Notes under the pieces: model-generated
What the model saw: the letters and a program-made list of their open reading frames with translations, nothing else
What the model was told of the DNA's origin: nothing
Databases searched by the model: none
Made by a program: the position numbers and the translations under genes
Source: Callorhinchus milii
Taxonomy: Eukaryota
Direction: 5' to 3'
Assembly: GCF_018977255.1 (NCBI RefSeq)
Contig: NW_024704746.1
Location: 20,522,001-20,586,000, forward strand
Length of the DNA stretch: 64,000 nucleotides
Shown here: positions 62,975 through 64,000 of the stretch, piece by piece
Numbering within the stretch: position 1 is the first letter of the stretch
Layout: the number at the start of each line of letters is the position of its first letter

Positions 62975-64000
62975 AGAACCACATGCACGGATAGTGGGGT
63001 ATACCATTATCTGGTTTTGGTGCATGAGTATAGGCTGGAAACTATGGTTAGGAGAATGGATAGCGGAATGAATTTTCTTGATTTGCATCTGTCTTGGCAG
63101 GACCTCTGTTATAATAACCAGAGTGAACTTTACAAAGGGTAGAGAACACTTCAATTGTTGAGAAGCAACTTCTTGGGTTAATATGCAAAGGCTTTCAGTG
63201 TAGCCTGACTACAAAGTGCCAACTTGGAGCGGTTTACGTGCTTTCATTTAGATTATTCAATTTGATAGCTCAGGATGATAAATGTTTCGGCACTACTGAG
63301 CTCCAAGCTGGCTAAAGATATAGATTTCACAACTGCCAAATTGTGTGTTGTTTTATACTGTTTATACTGTATGTGGAGCTTGAAAAATTATGAAAATTGG
63401 TATTGAACTGTTTGCCGTGATTAGTCTTCCTTTTTTTTGAATAAAGTTAAAGTACTCAAGGCTTCTTCCTAGCTTGCTGTTGCCTCAACTTGAGGCTGCA
63501 GGGCAAGATCAGTTGATCACCCAGCCATGAATTTCTTTAAGCGACTGTGTCTTGAGATTTTCTCTCTTGGTATGGTGGAATTCAATTTTAATATTCACAT
63601 TACTTTAACATTTTTATATGGATGATTGAATGTCATCCAAAGAGAATGATGAGAATCTTATCCTTGGCGAGTAGTCAAACATTATGTATGGTGTTGGCAC
63701 TTTACTTATTGTGCTTTGACCAGGAATTTTTCATTTTCACAAGATTTTATCCATCTTCATACTGTTGTTTCAATAATTAATAAAATGTACAATAAATAAA
63801 TGTACAAAAATAATCTGTGCAGCTGCAAAAGTTACAGCCTAAACTGAATTACCAGTCTACCATTTTTATGTATAGTGTACCCCTCAAAAAAAATTCCCCT
63901 TCTGGCATGTTGAAATGATCTGTTCATGTAAATGTTAACACATAATATGAACAACGTTGAAAAGTATGGTCAAGTGAGAGAGGCAGTGAGATGATAACCA

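Noticed and set aside
44402-64000. Next PTPRF exon (Ig2 start, expected ...GFP.IDMGPQLKVVE...) and mini-exons meA/meB
   Set aside because: No such peptide in the ORF track or by eye; it probably lies beyond the window. Very small exons cannot be excluded by eye.
1-64000. CRISPR array, operon, prophage or other prokaryotic-type system
   Set aside because: No regularly spaced repeat-spacer array and no gene-dense ORFs; spliceosomal introns and vertebrate retroelements throughout.

Overview
AT-rich vertebrate genomic DNA, almost all intronic. The repeat content (tRNA-Ala-headed Deu-type SINEs, L2 and CR1 LINE relics, a Penelope-like terminus) suggests a cartilaginous fish, most plausibly a chimaera such as Callorhinchus; this is inference. 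The only protein-coding gene I can support is the 5' part of a LAR-family receptor tyrosine phosphatase, PTPRF, on the + strand. It has a signal-peptide exon (33383-33545, ATG at 33461) and two exons encoding Ig domain 1 (43540-43685 and 44260-44401), with canonical AG/GT sites and consistent phases. I found neither the promoter nor the next coding exon. The rest is intron with more than 12 copies of a young SINE, older DeuSINEs, L2 and CR1 fragments, a hAT MITE with an 8-bp TSD, an unclassified 3-copy repeat, two local duplications and a 128-N gap. Most ORF-track entries are noise or transposon debris. I found no convincing novel multi-gene system. The best leads are: paired loss of two normally conserved glycines in Ig1; a hAT MITE with CTCF-like motifs in both arms; a 120-bp insertion apparently templated from nearby DNA; a signal-peptide-like smORF beside an RFX/SOX cluster; and a covarying SINE/L2 3' stem-loop with many tail-only insertions. 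Repeat boundaries were read by eye and are approximate. Comparisons to human proteins are from memory, not a search.
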